A stretch of DNA of 31,700 nucleotides. Origin: a virus (lineage: Duplodnaviria; Caudoviricetes). Shown piece by piece: positions 17,573-27,148 of this stretch. The number at the start of each line of letters is the position of its first letter. The stretch's first letter is position 1. Location: positions 1 to 31,700 of IMG/VR virus record IMGVR_UViG_3300035392_000037; one strand, given 5' to 3'. Below the pieces are notes generated by a model. The model ran no database searches. It had not been told where the DNA came from and saw only the letters and a program-made list of their open reading frames with translations. Position numbers and translations under genes: made by a program.

Positions 17573-18640
17573 ATGAATAAGAATTTAGAATTTATATTAA
17601 ATGACGAGACCATCAATTCATATGGTCACATAATTAAAACTTCTGGTGTAATTATAGACCGTTTAAAAAATAATGGTGTTATATTACCTGATCACAAAAG
17701 AGGAGTTTTAAATGTGATTGGTAGATGGGAGAACATACGAAAGTATGGTAACAAAATAATTGCTACTGCTGTTTTTGATGAGAACGATGAAGTTGCAGTT
17801 AAAATAAGAGACAAAATATTAAACGGCTTTTTAAATGCTGTGAGTATAGGTGTAAATATCTTAGAGTTTACAAAACCTATGAAAGATGGTGATCCTTATA
17901 TTATCACTAAATCAGAGATATTTGAGGCAAGCATAGTTGATATACCAAGCAATAAAAACGCATTAAGATTAACATATAAAAATAAAGAGCTTACAATGAG
18001 CGAAGATACAAACACAAAAGAATTAACAATGTTCTTATCAGAAGGTAGCGAAGGTAGCGAAGCTGTTGACTTATCAACTGTTGAAACCACTGTTGTTACT
18101 GAAGAATTGCCTAATGTTCTTGAAGACGTAGCTACATTAACAGTAGAAGAAGTTGATGACACTACTATCAATGAAGAAGAAGTTGCTTTGGATACAGAGT
18201 TAATGATTAACGATGCTACTCCGAAAGTAATAACAGATACATTATCTCTATCATTAGAGTTAAAAGAAAAAAAAGACATAATCCTTTCACTTTCTACTGA
18301 GATTAACGATTTAAAATCAACAGTTATAAACCTAACTAATGAAAAGAATTATAACGAGATTATATCTGCTAAAAACAGTGGATACATTAATGATAAACAA
18401 GTTGATACATTAGTAAAGTTGTCATACACTGATATGAATTCTGTAAGAGAACTTATTAAAAATTCAAATAGAGTTCAAAAATCACCTGTTACATTGTCTA
18501 CTAAAGTAAATGATGCAGTTGATAATGCAAATGATACTTTTGAATATCATTTCAAAAACAATACATTAGTAAAATTAAAGGCTAACGACCCAGCAAAATA
18601 TGCTCGATTAGTGGCTGATTATGAAAACAAAATAAAATAA
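17573..18640 (+). CDS. HK97-type prohead protease fused to a scaffold region
   Basis: INSYG, DH...IGRW, GFLNAVSIG and EASIVDIPSN motifs, then an acidic/coiled-coil C-terminus. ATG 17573 preferred over TTG 17561. Confidence 0.88.
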   Translation: MNKNLEFILNDETINSYGHIIKTSGVIIDRLKNNGVILPDHKRGVLNVIGRWENIRKYGNKIIATAVFDENDEVAVKIRDKILNGFLNAVSIGVNILEFTKPMKDGDPYIITKSEIFEASIVDIPSNKNALRLTYKNKELTMSEDTNTKELTMFLSEGSEGSEAVDLSTVETTVVTEELPNVLEDVATLTVEEVDDTTINEEEVALDTELMINDATPKVITDTLSLSLELKEKKDIILSLSTEINDLKSTVINLTNEKNYNEIISAKNSGYINDKQVDTLVKLSYTDMNSVRELIKNSNRVQKSPVTLSTKVNDAVDNANDTFEYHFKNNTLVKLKANDPAKYARLVADYENKIK

Positions 18641-18656
18641 AATAATACTTTAAAAA

Positions 18657-19619
18657 ATGGCAGAATTAAACAATTTAATTAGCTTAGCTCCTCAATTTAA
18701 TGAGAAGTTGTATAACGCAGTTGACAAATCATTCTGGAAATTATTCTCAACTGATCATTCAGCATTTATCACTGAAAGAGCAAAAATAGAAATTCCTCAA
18801 TTTTCTGGTGCAATTCCAAGTTATGATATTACATCAAGTACTGACTGGAATGCAATTACTCTCTCTCAAGTAGCCCATACTTATAAAGAGTACGGATTTG
18901 CTCAAAAGGGTTTTGGTCCAGTTTTCGTTAGTTCATTCGATTATGAAAACATTCCTTACGACAAAGCTTCTTTTGTAATGGATCAAATGGTAAAAGATGC
19001 TGTTCAGTATGTTGCTGAGTATATTACTTACAATTGGACATCAGTAGCTACTAACAACGTAATACCTACAACTGGTACTAAAACAAGAACTAACAAGTTT
19101 GGTAATACCGCAATTAAGAGATTGACTGTTAAAGACATTTCTGATGCTAATATGAAACTTGATGAACAAAAAGGTGTACCTTCTGATGGTAGAGTATGTC
19201 TTTTGACTGCAAGAATGTTCCAAGATTTGAAGTTAGATGATGATTTTAACAACTCTGATATGTTAAAAACTAATATCCTTTCAAAAGGTGAAGTTGGTTC
19301 AGTAGATGGAGTAAGATTAATCATAAGAGAAACTAACAACGTATTCTCAAGTGCAGGTTCAGCATTACAAGCTTTTGGTGCTACTCCTGGTGCAACAGAT
19401 TTACAATACGCATTAGTTTATCATCCTGATTTCGTAGCTCAAGCAGTTGCAACTCAATATGGTAATGGTGTAGGTTCAGCTTTCTTCGTAGGAAGAAAAC
19501 CTGGTTTACAAGGACAATGGGTAATGGAAGGTTATGTACGTTTAGGTGCAACTATTATGTATTTAGGTGATGGTGGTACTAATGATACTGGTGTAGTAAC
19601 AATTAGAGAATCTAATTAA
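18657..19619 (+). CDS. Major capsid protein
   Basis: 320 aa, follows the protease. YDK...M, LDEQ.VPSDGR..LL, GEVG.VDG patterns, and followed by a terminator. Confidence 0.82.
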   Translation: MAELNNLISLAPQFNEKLYNAVDKSFWKLFSTDHSAFITERAKIEIPQFSGAIPSYDITSSTDWNAITLSQVAHTYKEYGFAQKGFGPVFVSSFDYENIPYDKASFVMDQMVKDAVQYVAEYITYNWTSVATNNVIPTTGTKTRTNKFGNTAIKRLTVKDISDANMKLDEQKGVPSDGRVCLLTARMFQDLKLDDDFNNSDMLKTNILSKGEVGSVDGVRLIIRETNNVFSSAGSALQAFGATPGATDLQYALVYHPDFVAQAVATQYGNGVGSAFFVGRKPGLQGQWVMEGYVRLGATIMYLGDGGTNDTGVVTIRESN

Positions 19620-19630
19620 TAATGACATTA

Positions 19631-19672
19631 TGCTCCTCTTAATATATTTACATTGAGAGGAGTAATATTTTT
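19631..19672 (+). terminator. Intrinsic terminator after the capsid gene
   Basis: TGCTCCTCTTAAT / ATTGAGAGGAGTA stem followed by ATATTTTT. Confidence 0.6.
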
Positions 19673-19690
19673 AAAAATAATATTATAACT

Positions 19691-19969
19691 ATGATGACTA
19701 AAAATGAAGCTATAACATTTGCTAAATCTTACTTTACATTATATCCGTTGATAAACACATTCTATGTAATTGACAACACATCAACATCAGGCTTTACTGT
19801 ATTCAGTGAAGATGCAGTGCATATTGCAAGAGCATTTGCTAAGAACAATGGTTATGAAATGATAACGGTTAAACGTAGTGATAACGTAAGTGAAGAAGCA
19901 ACACCATTATCAAAACCAAAGACCAATATAAAATCAAAATTTAAAAATGAAGAAAATAACATTCAATAA
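19691..19969 (+). CDS. Small hypothetical virion protein
   Basis: 92-aa ORF between the capsid and sheath genes. Confidence 0.6.
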   Translation: MMTKNEAITFAKSYFTLYPLINTFYVIDNTSTSGFTVFSEDAVHIARAFAKNNGYEMITVKRSDNVSEEATPLSKPKTNIKSKFKNEENNIQ

Positions 19970-21251
19970 AACACAAGGAGGTATAGCAAATACTCCTGTT
20001 AATGAAGACTACTTTGGTGGACTGTATACTTTTAGTGATACACTTCCAGCTGAATGGCTTCCAGAAATTGATGCTTGGGTTACTTTAACAGCTTATGTAG
20101 TTGGTGATAAAGTTTATGATACAGTAAGTAAAAACTTTTACATCTGTAAAACTGCTCACACTTCAGCAGCAGCATTTATTACTGACATAGCTAATTGGGA
20201 TGTTTATGTTTACACTGTTAAAGAATTTAATAGATTGATAGATGTTGAAAATGCTGGTATTACTAAGACTAACGCAGACACTAAACTTTTACATTATCAA
20301 TTCAGTGAAGCATTTAGAATATTTCCTGATGCGAGCATATCAACTTACATTGAAAAAGTACCTTCTGGAGCATACACATTCAGCGGTTTATACCATTTAC
20401 AAAAACAATCTGGTGGTAAACTTCGTCAAGCTATTGTAATAGCTGACAAACTAGCATATGACATCGTTCAGTTAAACAGTTTACAAACTCAAATAGATTT
20501 ACTATCTAACGAAAATATGCCAATACAAGTTATCTATGCTGCAGACTTCTCTGCTAACACATCAGTAGCATTGTATCCAGACATATTAAACCTTGCTACT
20601 CCAGCTCCTGGCGTATCAGTGTTAAACGGACAAGATGGTGATGCTTATGGCTCAACATTATCGTTCTCAGTTGACTTAGGTGCTGTTTTAGGCGCATTAG
20701 AAAACTGTAAAGTTTCTCAATCTCCTGCTGATTATGGTGCATTTCAATATGCTTCAACTGAACTATTGAACCCAGCAATTGCAGGTATAGGTTTAATTTC
20801 TCAAATGACTTCTGCTGATGTAGATGCTTTAGCAGCAAAAGGATATATGTTCTTCGTTAATGAAGTTGGTACAACTGGTACATTCCTTAACGACTCTCTA
20901 ACTGCAACAGACAAGCAAGTTGACGATTTCTATGATATTCAAATTAATAGAGTTTATCACAAAGCTGTACGAGGTATGAACAAAGCTAATTTACCTTTGG
21001 TAAATAGAGAATTGTTATTAGACCCTTCTACAGGAAGAATGGCTGATAGAACTATTAACTATATAAAAGAAAAAGTTAGTATGCCGTTGTATGAGATGTT
21101 GAAAGCAAAAGAGTTCTCAGGATTTAGTGTTTACATTGATCCTACTCAGAACGTTCAAGCAACTTCATTAGTTGAAATTACTGTAACTATGGTTGCAAAT
21201 GCTACAGCAAGAAAATATACGATTAAAACAGGTTTCGTTCCTAATCTTTAA
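19947..21251 (+). CDS. Contractile tail sheath (DUF2586-like) with an inserted CBM5/12-like module
   Basis: LHYQFSEAFR, KGYMF...G..GTFLNDS.TA, I.INRVYHKAVR and YIDPTQNV motifs. Insert AWVTLTAYVVGDKV...YICKTAHTS...W. Confidence 0.85.
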   Translation: MKKITFNKTQGGIANTPVNEDYFGGLYTFSDTLPAEWLPEIDAWVTLTAYVVGDKVYDTVSKNFYICKTAHTSAAAFITDIANWDVYVYTVKEFNRLIDVENAGITKTNADTKLLHYQFSEAFRIFPDASISTYIEKVPSGAYTFSGLYHLQKQSGGKLRQAIVIADKLAYDIVQLNSLQTQIDLLSNENMPIQVIYAADFSANTSVALYPDILNLATPAPGVSVLNGQDGDAYGSTLSFSVDLGAVLGALENCKVSQSPADYGAFQYASTELLNPAIAGIGLISQMTSADVDALAAKGYMFFVNEVGTTGTFLNDSLTATDKQVDDFYDIQINRVYHKAVRGMNKANLPLVNRELLLDPSTGRMADRTINYIKEKVSMPLYEMLKAKEFSGFSVYIDPTQNVQATSLVEITVTMVANATARKYTIKTGFVPNL

Positions 21252-21259
21252 TATGTGAT

Positions 21260-21299
21260 GTGATGTATAGAAGGAAGAATGTCTATACATCACTATTTA
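21260..21299 (+). terminator. Stem-loop after the sheath gene
   Basis: 12-bp perfect stem GTGATGTATAGA / TCTATACATCAC with a weak U-tract (TATTT). Confidence 0.5.
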
Positions 21300-21324
21300 A
21301 TAACATAAAAATAACACAACAAAA

Positions 21325-21717
21325 ATGGCATATACATATACATTTAGTCAAGGTGATGATTTGTTACTTGAAATACCTATTAAAGACTTAGCAAACAACA
21401 ACGTCGACCTTACTACTGCTACTGAAATCGTAGCTACACTGACTAAAAACAATGCTCCAATCACAAAAGGAGGATATTCTCTAAACGCAATCTCTGGATA
21501 TGGTACACTTGCTTTGAAATCTGGAGTTGGCAATGAACATATAATTGAGATTCAAATTAAAAGAACTGAGAGTCAAATGTTTCCTGATGGAGCATTGACT
21601 GTTGAAGTGCTTGTTGAATTTCCAGACGCAATACTAACAGACAAATCAACTAACTATCAATTTAGTGGTTATGTTCTTGTTAAGAAAAGCATTAACAAAG
21701 ATGTACCAATCAGATAA
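21325..21717 (+). CDS. Beta-rich structural protein (BppU N-terminal / Ig-like)
   Basis: QGDD...I.D...VDLT.A pattern common in phage tail decoration domains. Confidence 0.5.
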   Translation: MAYTYTFSQGDDLLLEIPIKDLANNNVDLTTATEIVATLTKNNAPITKGGYSLNAISGYGTLALKSGVGNEHIIEIQIKRTESQMFPDGALTVEVLVEFPDAILTDKSTNYQFSGYVLVKKSINKDVPIR

Positions 21718-21743
21718 TTAAAATATAAAATAATACAAATATT

Positions 21744-22244
21744 ATGGAATTAGTATCAACAGGACAAACGATTACAACTAACACAAGCTATCCAGGTAGA
21801 GCTGATGACTGGAGATCAATTTCTTTTGCAATTGGTGACTTAGAGATAGACTTACTTGGTGTTAACGACATCACATATTACCAAGAACAACTTCCTACTC
21901 CTGTAATGGGTGTTGGACCGAATGTTGTTAAACAAGGTATGGGTAATGTAGAAACTTCTGGTTCTATATCTATTCACGTATGGCAAATGAAAGAAATACT
22001 TGATGCAATAGCGTTGTTATTCCCATCAGGATTCATTCGTGGTGTAAACAGAAACCCATTGAACATTGCTCCATTCACTTTAATAGTTTACTATGATAAA
22101 GATGATGGTACAATATCAAAAGACTTGTTATATGGTTGTAGATTTACAAGATATGAAAAAACTTTTGCTCAAGGTGATGCAAACGGAGTTATGAATATTA
22201 ACCTTGCACCAACTAGTATAGGCTGGGATGAGTTAGTAGGTTAA
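21744..22244 (+). CDS. Tail tube protein
   Basis: W..I, G.G.VE..GSI, PF.L.V.Y, D.L.GCRFT...QGD. Near the sheath gene. Confidence 0.78.
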   Translation: MELVSTGQTITTNTSYPGRADDWRSISFAIGDLEIDLLGVNDITYYQEQLPTPVMGVGPNVVKQGMGNVETSGSISIHVWQMKEILDAIALLFPSGFIRGVNRNPLNIAPFTLIVYYDKDDGTISKDLLYGCRFTRYEKTFAQGDANGVMNINLAPTSIGWDELVG

Positions 22245-22265
22245 GAAGAAATATAATGATGATAT

Positions 22266-22294
22266 AAGGAAGGTATTTATGCCTTCCTTTTTTT
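22266..22294 (+). terminator. Intrinsic terminator
   Basis: AAGGAAGGTA / TGCCTTCCTT stem followed by a T-run. Confidence 0.8.
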
Positions 22295-22301
22295 GTATAT
22301 A
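22292..22301 (+). promoter_or_regulatory. TTTGTATATA putative late promoter overlapping the terminator T-tract
   Basis: 18 nt upstream of ATG 22320, with an AAGGAG SD-like site between. Confidence 0.6.
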
Positions 22302-22319
22302 TACTAAAAAGGAGAAGCT

Positions 22320-22763
22320 ATGGCTCAAAAACAAAGAGATGAAATAAAAGTTTATGTTAATGCTGTTATTAACACCAATGGAACAGAGGCAATTACTGGA
22401 CATCTGTTGAATATTCCGTTAATAGACATCTTAGACTCAGTTGTTTTCTTAGACGAAACATCATTATTAGTGGATGTTAAACTTCAACAATACAAATATA
22501 CAGGATTATCCGTTTCAGGAAGTAATACAGGAATATCAATAGTAGGAAATCCATTGTATGGAGTTTCAGTGAGCATATCAGGATTAACTTATAACGTTGG
22601 CGACAACAACGCTTCACCGTTTTACTTTAAAGATCCAATGAACACTACAACAAGATCAAGAGGTGAGATAGTTTCAGGTGATGCCCTTCATTATAATTCA
22701 AATGTTTTAAAGGTAGTTATAGACGACCTTGATGATATAATTTTAACATACATAACTAATTAA
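22320..22763 (+). CDS. Hypothetical structural protein
   Basis: 147-aa ORF with I.TNG..AITG..LN N-terminus in the baseplate region. Confidence 0.6.
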   Translation: MAQKQRDEIKVYVNAVINTNGTEAITGHLLNIPLIDILDSVVFLDETSLLVDVKLQQYKYTGLSVSGSNTGISIVGNPLYGVSVSISGLTYNVGDNNASPFYFKDPMNTTTRSRGEIVSGDALHYNSNVLKVVIDDLDDIILTYITN

Positions 22764-22766
22764 TAT

Positions 22767-24341
22767 ATGGCTAAAAAAGAAAAACATATTAAATATCCAA
22801 CTCAAAATATTATAGACTTCGTTATTAGTAACTATGGAGATATTAGTTATCTGTTTAAGTTTATGGATGAAGCTGGATATACTAACTATGATGACTTCGA
22901 CAATGATACATCAAAGACACTGTACATTGAAGGTGTAGACAACGAAACTACATCAACATACAGAAAAGAAAGTTATGTAGTATCAAGCATTTCAAAGATT
23001 AACAACTATGCACAGTTGATTTGTAATGGTGATCTTGCTGTAAAGACTTTAGTTGGTGGAGATTTTAATGATGACTTTAACAACGACTTTAATAAAGATA
23101 ACTTAGAGACTATCACTGTTGGTTATGAAGGTATGACAATTTATGTAACTTGGTCAGTAACTAACAATGGAAATATTTCAGGGAATGTAAACGGAACGCT
23201 ATCGCTAACTGGTAAAGATGATATTATTGTTAGTGGAAGTGTACCTGCTTTTTCAACAACTACATTTACATATTCGTTTGGTAACGTTTCAGCGGGGTTG
23301 AAAACTATAACGCTGGATGGATTATGCACACAAACATTATCCATTGAAGTTCTTGGAACAGTTAATTTAGTATGTAATGCAGATTTTACATTAGTGGAAG
23401 CACTCCCAATCTATAGAGGAGATACCATTCATTTAACTTGGTCAGTTACTAACAATGGAACTGCTAATGGGTTATACGAGAATGGAATTTTTAAATATTC
23501 ATATCAGACGTTCGGACAAGAGATTGCTATCGAAAAAACATTAACTCCAGTGGTTATTAATGCTGGTGAAACACACACATTTAATGAAGAAGTTACATTA
23601 AACCAAATTATAATTTCTAATGGCTCTGTAATTTATACATTTGTAAGTAGTTGTGGTCAAGTTTTAACTGTTGTAGCTGAAGTTCCAGTGACAACTGCCA
23701 ACATAGTGTATAATAATGACATTAGTTTTACCCCACTAACCCCACAAGACGGAGATATGATCGCTGTTACATACAGTATGACTAACACTGGTGGTTTGTC
23801 TGGATCTTTTACCAACTATTTAGAAATTTATCCAACTGATGGTTCACTTGAAAAGGTAGTTGACACAGACATACTTAATCCATTACAGACAAAAGTTTAT
23901 GCACATACATTTACTGTCTATGCTTGTGACAGAAGTGTTATCTTATCTGGGTATTCAAACGATAGCATTAATTTTAATGTTGGTTACAACGGCATAGCAA
24001 AGTACGTCTTTTGGGCAGATTTCAATGCAACGAATCCTGTAACACCTGTGTACTCAGCACCATTTGTAACATCTGTACCTAATCAAGCTGTTGGTATTCA
24101 CGCATTTTTAATTAACAGTACAGCATCACCACTTACAACACCTGTTTCTTTTGTAGTGAAGTTTTCAAGCGGTGGATCATACACAGCATTAAACCAAAAC
24201 TTTACAGTACCAAGCTCGACTAACTGTTCATCAGGATTATTCATTACTTCGGTGTTAGCATTAAATTTATTAGGAACTCACGAAGTACAGTTGTATATCA
24301 ATGGAATTTACAAGGGTTCAACATATTATAAAATAGTTTAA
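22767..24341 (+). CDS. LysM/gpX-like baseplate protein extended with CARDB/Ig-like repeats
   Basis: N-terminal QNIIDFVISNYGDISYLF, a GDFNDDFNNDF motif, and three repeats of G..I..T(W/Y)S(V/M)TN.G..(S/N)G. Confidence 0.65.
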   Translation: MAKKEKHIKYPTQNIIDFVISNYGDISYLFKFMDEAGYTNYDDFDNDTSKTLYIEGVDNETTSTYRKESYVVSSISKINNYAQLICNGDLAVKTLVGGDFNDDFNNDFNKDNLETITVGYEGMTIYVTWSVTNNGNISGNVNGTLSLTGKDDIIVSGSVPAFSTTTFTYSFGNVSAGLKTITLDGLCTQTLSIEVLGTVNLVCNADFTLVEALPIYRGDTIHLTWSVTNNGTANGLYENGIFKYSYQTFGQEIAIEKTLTPVVINAGETHTFNEEVTLNQIIISNGSVIYTFVSSCGQVLTVVAEVPVTTANIVYNNDISFTPLTPQDGDMIAVTYSMTNTGGLSGSFTNYLEIYPTDGSLEKVVDTDILNPLQTKVYAHTFTVYACDRSVILSGYSNDSINFNVGYNGIAKYVFWADFNATNPVTPVYSAPFVTSVPNQAVGIHAFLINSTASPLTTPVSFVVKFSSGGSYTALNQNFTVPSSTNCSSGLFITSVLALNLLGTHEVQLYINGIYKGSTYYKIV

Positions 24342-24346
24342 ACATT

Positions 24347-24640
24347 ATGGCTCAAATAGATTATTTATTAAACGATGCCTATGAGAAAAAGGTATTAAAC
24401 GGTGATTTCGTTGTAGGTGCTGCTGATGATGCTAATGTAGAACAACTTATTACATTATCAAAAGGACACATAAGACATTCTCCGTTAACTGGCTTAGGGA
24501 TAATTAAGTATATCAACTCTGAAAATGATGTTAATGATATTTCATATGACATCTCTATTGAATTACAGAAAAATGGATATGTATTAAAGTTGTTGTACTT
24601 TGATGACAGCGGAGAAATCATTGATATTGAATATTTATAA
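24347..24640 (+). CDS. Baseplate wedge / gp25 (W)-like protein
   Basis: D.LL...NGDFVVG...KG....PLTGLGI..Y. Just before the J-like gene. Confidence 0.65.
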   Translation: MAQIDYLLNDAYEKKVLNGDFVVGAADDANVEQLITLSKGHIRHSPLTGLGIIKYINSENDVNDISYDISIELQKNGYVLKLLYFDDSGEIIDIEYL

Positions 24641-24658
24641 AAAAGAAAGATAATTATA

Positions 24659-25519
24659 ATGGCAACAAGTTTTATACCAAAGACAGTAAATCAGATATTT
24701 TCTGAGTTGATTACATATAAAGAAAGCATACCAGAATTAACTGGCTTGCAATCTACTATCTCTGATGAACAACAATTATTAGACAACTTACAGAACACTG
24801 TACCGACTGCACAATATATATTAGAATATTACATTAAAGCATATTATTCAGCATTATCCGAACAAAATTATGTAAGGTTATATAATGAATTATCTGCGAT
24901 TAGAGACTCAACCCCGACAAGAAGTGCTGGTAGATGGGCATATGATGCAGTACAATTTCAATATGGAGACAGCATTATAAACACTGCTGAAACAGGTTGG
25001 GTTCCAGGTTATGCTATAATAGACGTTACAAAACAAGTAATTTCTCACGCAACAGTAAGCTCTTTTGATGGAAACATTTTAATCAAGATAAGAGGAAGAG
25101 ATACAGATGTTTTAACTGAAGAAGTTTTAACGGCATATAAAGTGTACCTTGAAAAGATTAAAGATATGGATGTTAGCATAGCAGTACAGAACGATCCTGC
25201 TGACAAATTAAAAATCATAGCTAATGTTGTTTATGATGGACAGCTTGATAAAAATAGTGTACAAACAAAAGTAGAAGCTGCAATTAACGATTACATCAAA
25301 AACATTCCATTTGACAGCACTTTTAATGTTAATAAATTAATTGACAAAGTGCAAGAGGTTAGTGGAGTAAAAGATTTTGAGATTAATACTTTAATGGCAA
25401 AAGCAACTAACAAATCTGTTTATGAGGATATAATCCATAAATATCTTACATTTGCTGGTTATCTTGCAGTAGACGAGGCATATCCACTGAACACATACAT
25501 AACATACGAAAGTAATTAA
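24659..25519 (+). CDS. Baseplate J-like protein
   Basis: W....QFQYGD, Y.EKIK, V..AINDYIKNIPFD, LIDKVQ.V.GV and AGY motifs. Confidence 0.8.
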   Translation: MATSFIPKTVNQIFSELITYKESIPELTGLQSTISDEQQLLDNLQNTVPTAQYILEYYIKAYYSALSEQNYVRLYNELSAIRDSTPTRSAGRWAYDAVQFQYGDSIINTAETGWVPGYAIIDVTKQVISHATVSSFDGNILIKIRGRDTDVLTEEVLTAYKVYLEKIKDMDVSIAVQNDPADKLKIIANVVYDGQLDKNSVQTKVEAAINDYIKNIPFDSTFNVNKLIDKVQEVSGVKDFEINTLMAKATNKSVYEDIIHKYLTFAGYLAVDEAYPLNTYITYESN

Positions 25520-25523
25520 TACT

Positions 25524-26087
25524 ATGGAGAAATTTATATTTATACCTGCAAAGAAGTTTGTAGTTGATTATTTAACAGGAGACTACAGAAATGAGTTTAA
25601 TGTATTATACATAGAAACGTTGTTAAAAGACACTGAAAACGAAATGAAAACGTTCGCAGTTATAAGAGATGAGATGACTTATGTAATGAAGCATACTGGA
25701 CAAGTTGCATCAATTGAAGATTTGTTAAACACTTTAATAGATGTTCTTGGAAAACCGATTAAGATTGGTAATGGAGTTGTTCAGCCTACATATTATCTTG
25801 CAACAGACAATATAGTTGAACCTAATGTAGTAGCTGAATATGGGTTAAACGGAAGCTTTGTAGAATATAACCCTTTTGAAGTGTGGTTAGCAGATGACAC
25901 CACAGAAGATATATCTGAGGAATTGACATTCTGGCTTGATGATGAAACAGATTTAACATATAAAATAGATTTTATAGTTTATGTTGATGCTGTTGATGTT
26001 ATTAACCTTGATAAGAAGAAGTTAATTGACTATTACATAAATTATTATAAATCTCCTGCTTCGAGATATAAAATAGTAGCATATTAA
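25524..26087 (+). CDS. Baseplate I-like protein
   Basis: HTGQV.S.E.LLN, DFIVYV and INYYK....Y.I. Follows J. Confidence 0.7.
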   Translation: MEKFIFIPAKKFVVDYLTGDYRNEFNVLYIETLLKDTENEMKTFAVIRDEMTYVMKHTGQVASIEDLLNTLIDVLGKPIKIGNGVVQPTYYLATDNIVEPNVVAEYGLNGSFVEYNPFEVWLADDTTEDISEELTFWLDDETDLTYKIDFIVYVDAVDVINLDKKKLIDYYINYYKSPASRYKIVAY

Positions 26088-26099
26088 ATGTAATATTTT

Positions 26100-26109
26100 T
26101 TTGTATATA
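26100..26109 (+). promoter_or_regulatory. TTTGTATATA putative late promoter
   Basis: 19 nt upstream of ATG 26129. Confidence 0.6.
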
Positions 26110-26128
26110 TAAAAAGAAAAAGAACATA

Positions 26129-27070
26129 ATGAATAAAACAGAAATAGTAACTGGACAATTAAAAATGAAACAACAACATTTTAAATTTGATGTTGATGCA
26201 TTAACAACTGCAATTAACTCTTTTGGAAAAGGATTTAACTTAGGAGGAAATTATGTAATTTTTGGTTGTGGATTAACACAAGTGAATAATGACGTAGTTT
26301 TAGAGGCTGGAGCAGTTTTTATTAATGGTGAAAGTTATATAGTTGACAGTTCAACATATGGAAGTACCACTGTTGAAGCAGTAAGACAATTTTATTTTGA
26401 TTTAAATGAATATTGGGATATTAGTGGAAATCTAACAGTGTTAGTAAATGGACAGACAACTACTAAAAACACCAGAAAGGTAAGAAAAGCAGTGCTAAGC
26501 CCAAGCGCATCAGTGTTTACTAATTCACAGTACTCAACTATTCAGTATATTACACAGAATTTAGTGGATGCTATACAGTTAAATGCTACAAACTTATCTA
26601 CTCATATAGCTAACTACAACGGACATAATTTCTTACCGAACACAGGAAACAACGGTGGAACATATGCTGCTACACCAACGGTATTAACGGCTGGGGTAAT
26701 ATTAGACACAAACGTTACTAACTATAAAAGCTATAGTTATCTTGTAGGTAATTTAGTTTATTGGAATTTTACATTAACATTTGATGTAGTTGGACCAGTT
26801 AATAACATTTCATTAGAGATGCCAGAGTGGTTTGCAGTAGGAAATGGATACACAACTGCAGTAATTGCATCACCAACAGAATTTAATAGTTTAGGTGGTT
26901 TGCTTGGTGGATCGAGCATTGGGTTAGTAGTAGTAACAACTAACAGTACTGAAGGAAGAAAGATGTGGTTGAATAACATTGCTAATTCACAATTCTTAAC
27001 AGGAAGTTATACTATAGCAGGAACAATGATATTTAAAAAGTTAGAGACATCAACTGGAGTACCAGCGTAG
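26129..27070 (+). CDS. Tail fibre / receptor-binding protein
   Basis: VIFGC...G.VFINGE baseplate-attachment-like N-terminus and a beta-sandwich-like C-terminus. Confidence 0.65.
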   Translation: MNKTEIVTGQLKMKQQHFKFDVDALTTAINSFGKGFNLGGNYVIFGCGLTQVNNDVVLEAGAVFINGESYIVDSSTYGSTTVEAVRQFYFDLNEYWDISGNLTVLVNGQTTTKNTRKVRKAVLSPSASVFTNSQYSTIQYITQNLVDAIQLNATNLSTHIANYNGHNFLPNTGNNGGTYAATPTVLTAGVILDTNVTNYKSYSYLVGNLVYWNFTLTFDVVGPVNNISLEMPEWFAVGNGYTTAVIASPTEFNSLGGLLGGSSIGLVVVTTNSTEGRKMWLNNIANSQFLTGSYTIAGTMIFKKLETSTGVPA

Positions 27071-27093
27071 ACGAGCGTAGACAAGCGTAGACA
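27064..27093. repeat. Tandem repeat AGCGTAGAC(G/A) x3
   Basis: Three 10-bp units. The first contains the TAG stop of 26129..27070. Confidence 0.9.
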
Positions 27094-27108
27094 CTTATGT
27101 ATTCTTTT

Positions 27109-27130
27109 TTGTATATTAGGCTTCGCTACT
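27109..27130. repeat. 22-bp element shared (inverted) with 901-922, containing a TTGTATATT promoter-motif variant
   Basis: 21/22 identity. Confidence 0.8.
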
Positions 27131-27148
27131 TAGGAAATGGTGAACATT

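Noticed and set aside
18041-18064. GAAGGTAGC duplication containing GTAGCGAAGCT, matching part of the 22-bp element
   Set aside because: An 11-nt match inside a coding SEGSEGSE micro-duplication, likely chance.
27064-27093. Possible CRISPR-like array
   Set aside because: The units are 10 bp, contiguous and have no spacers, and no cas genes are present.
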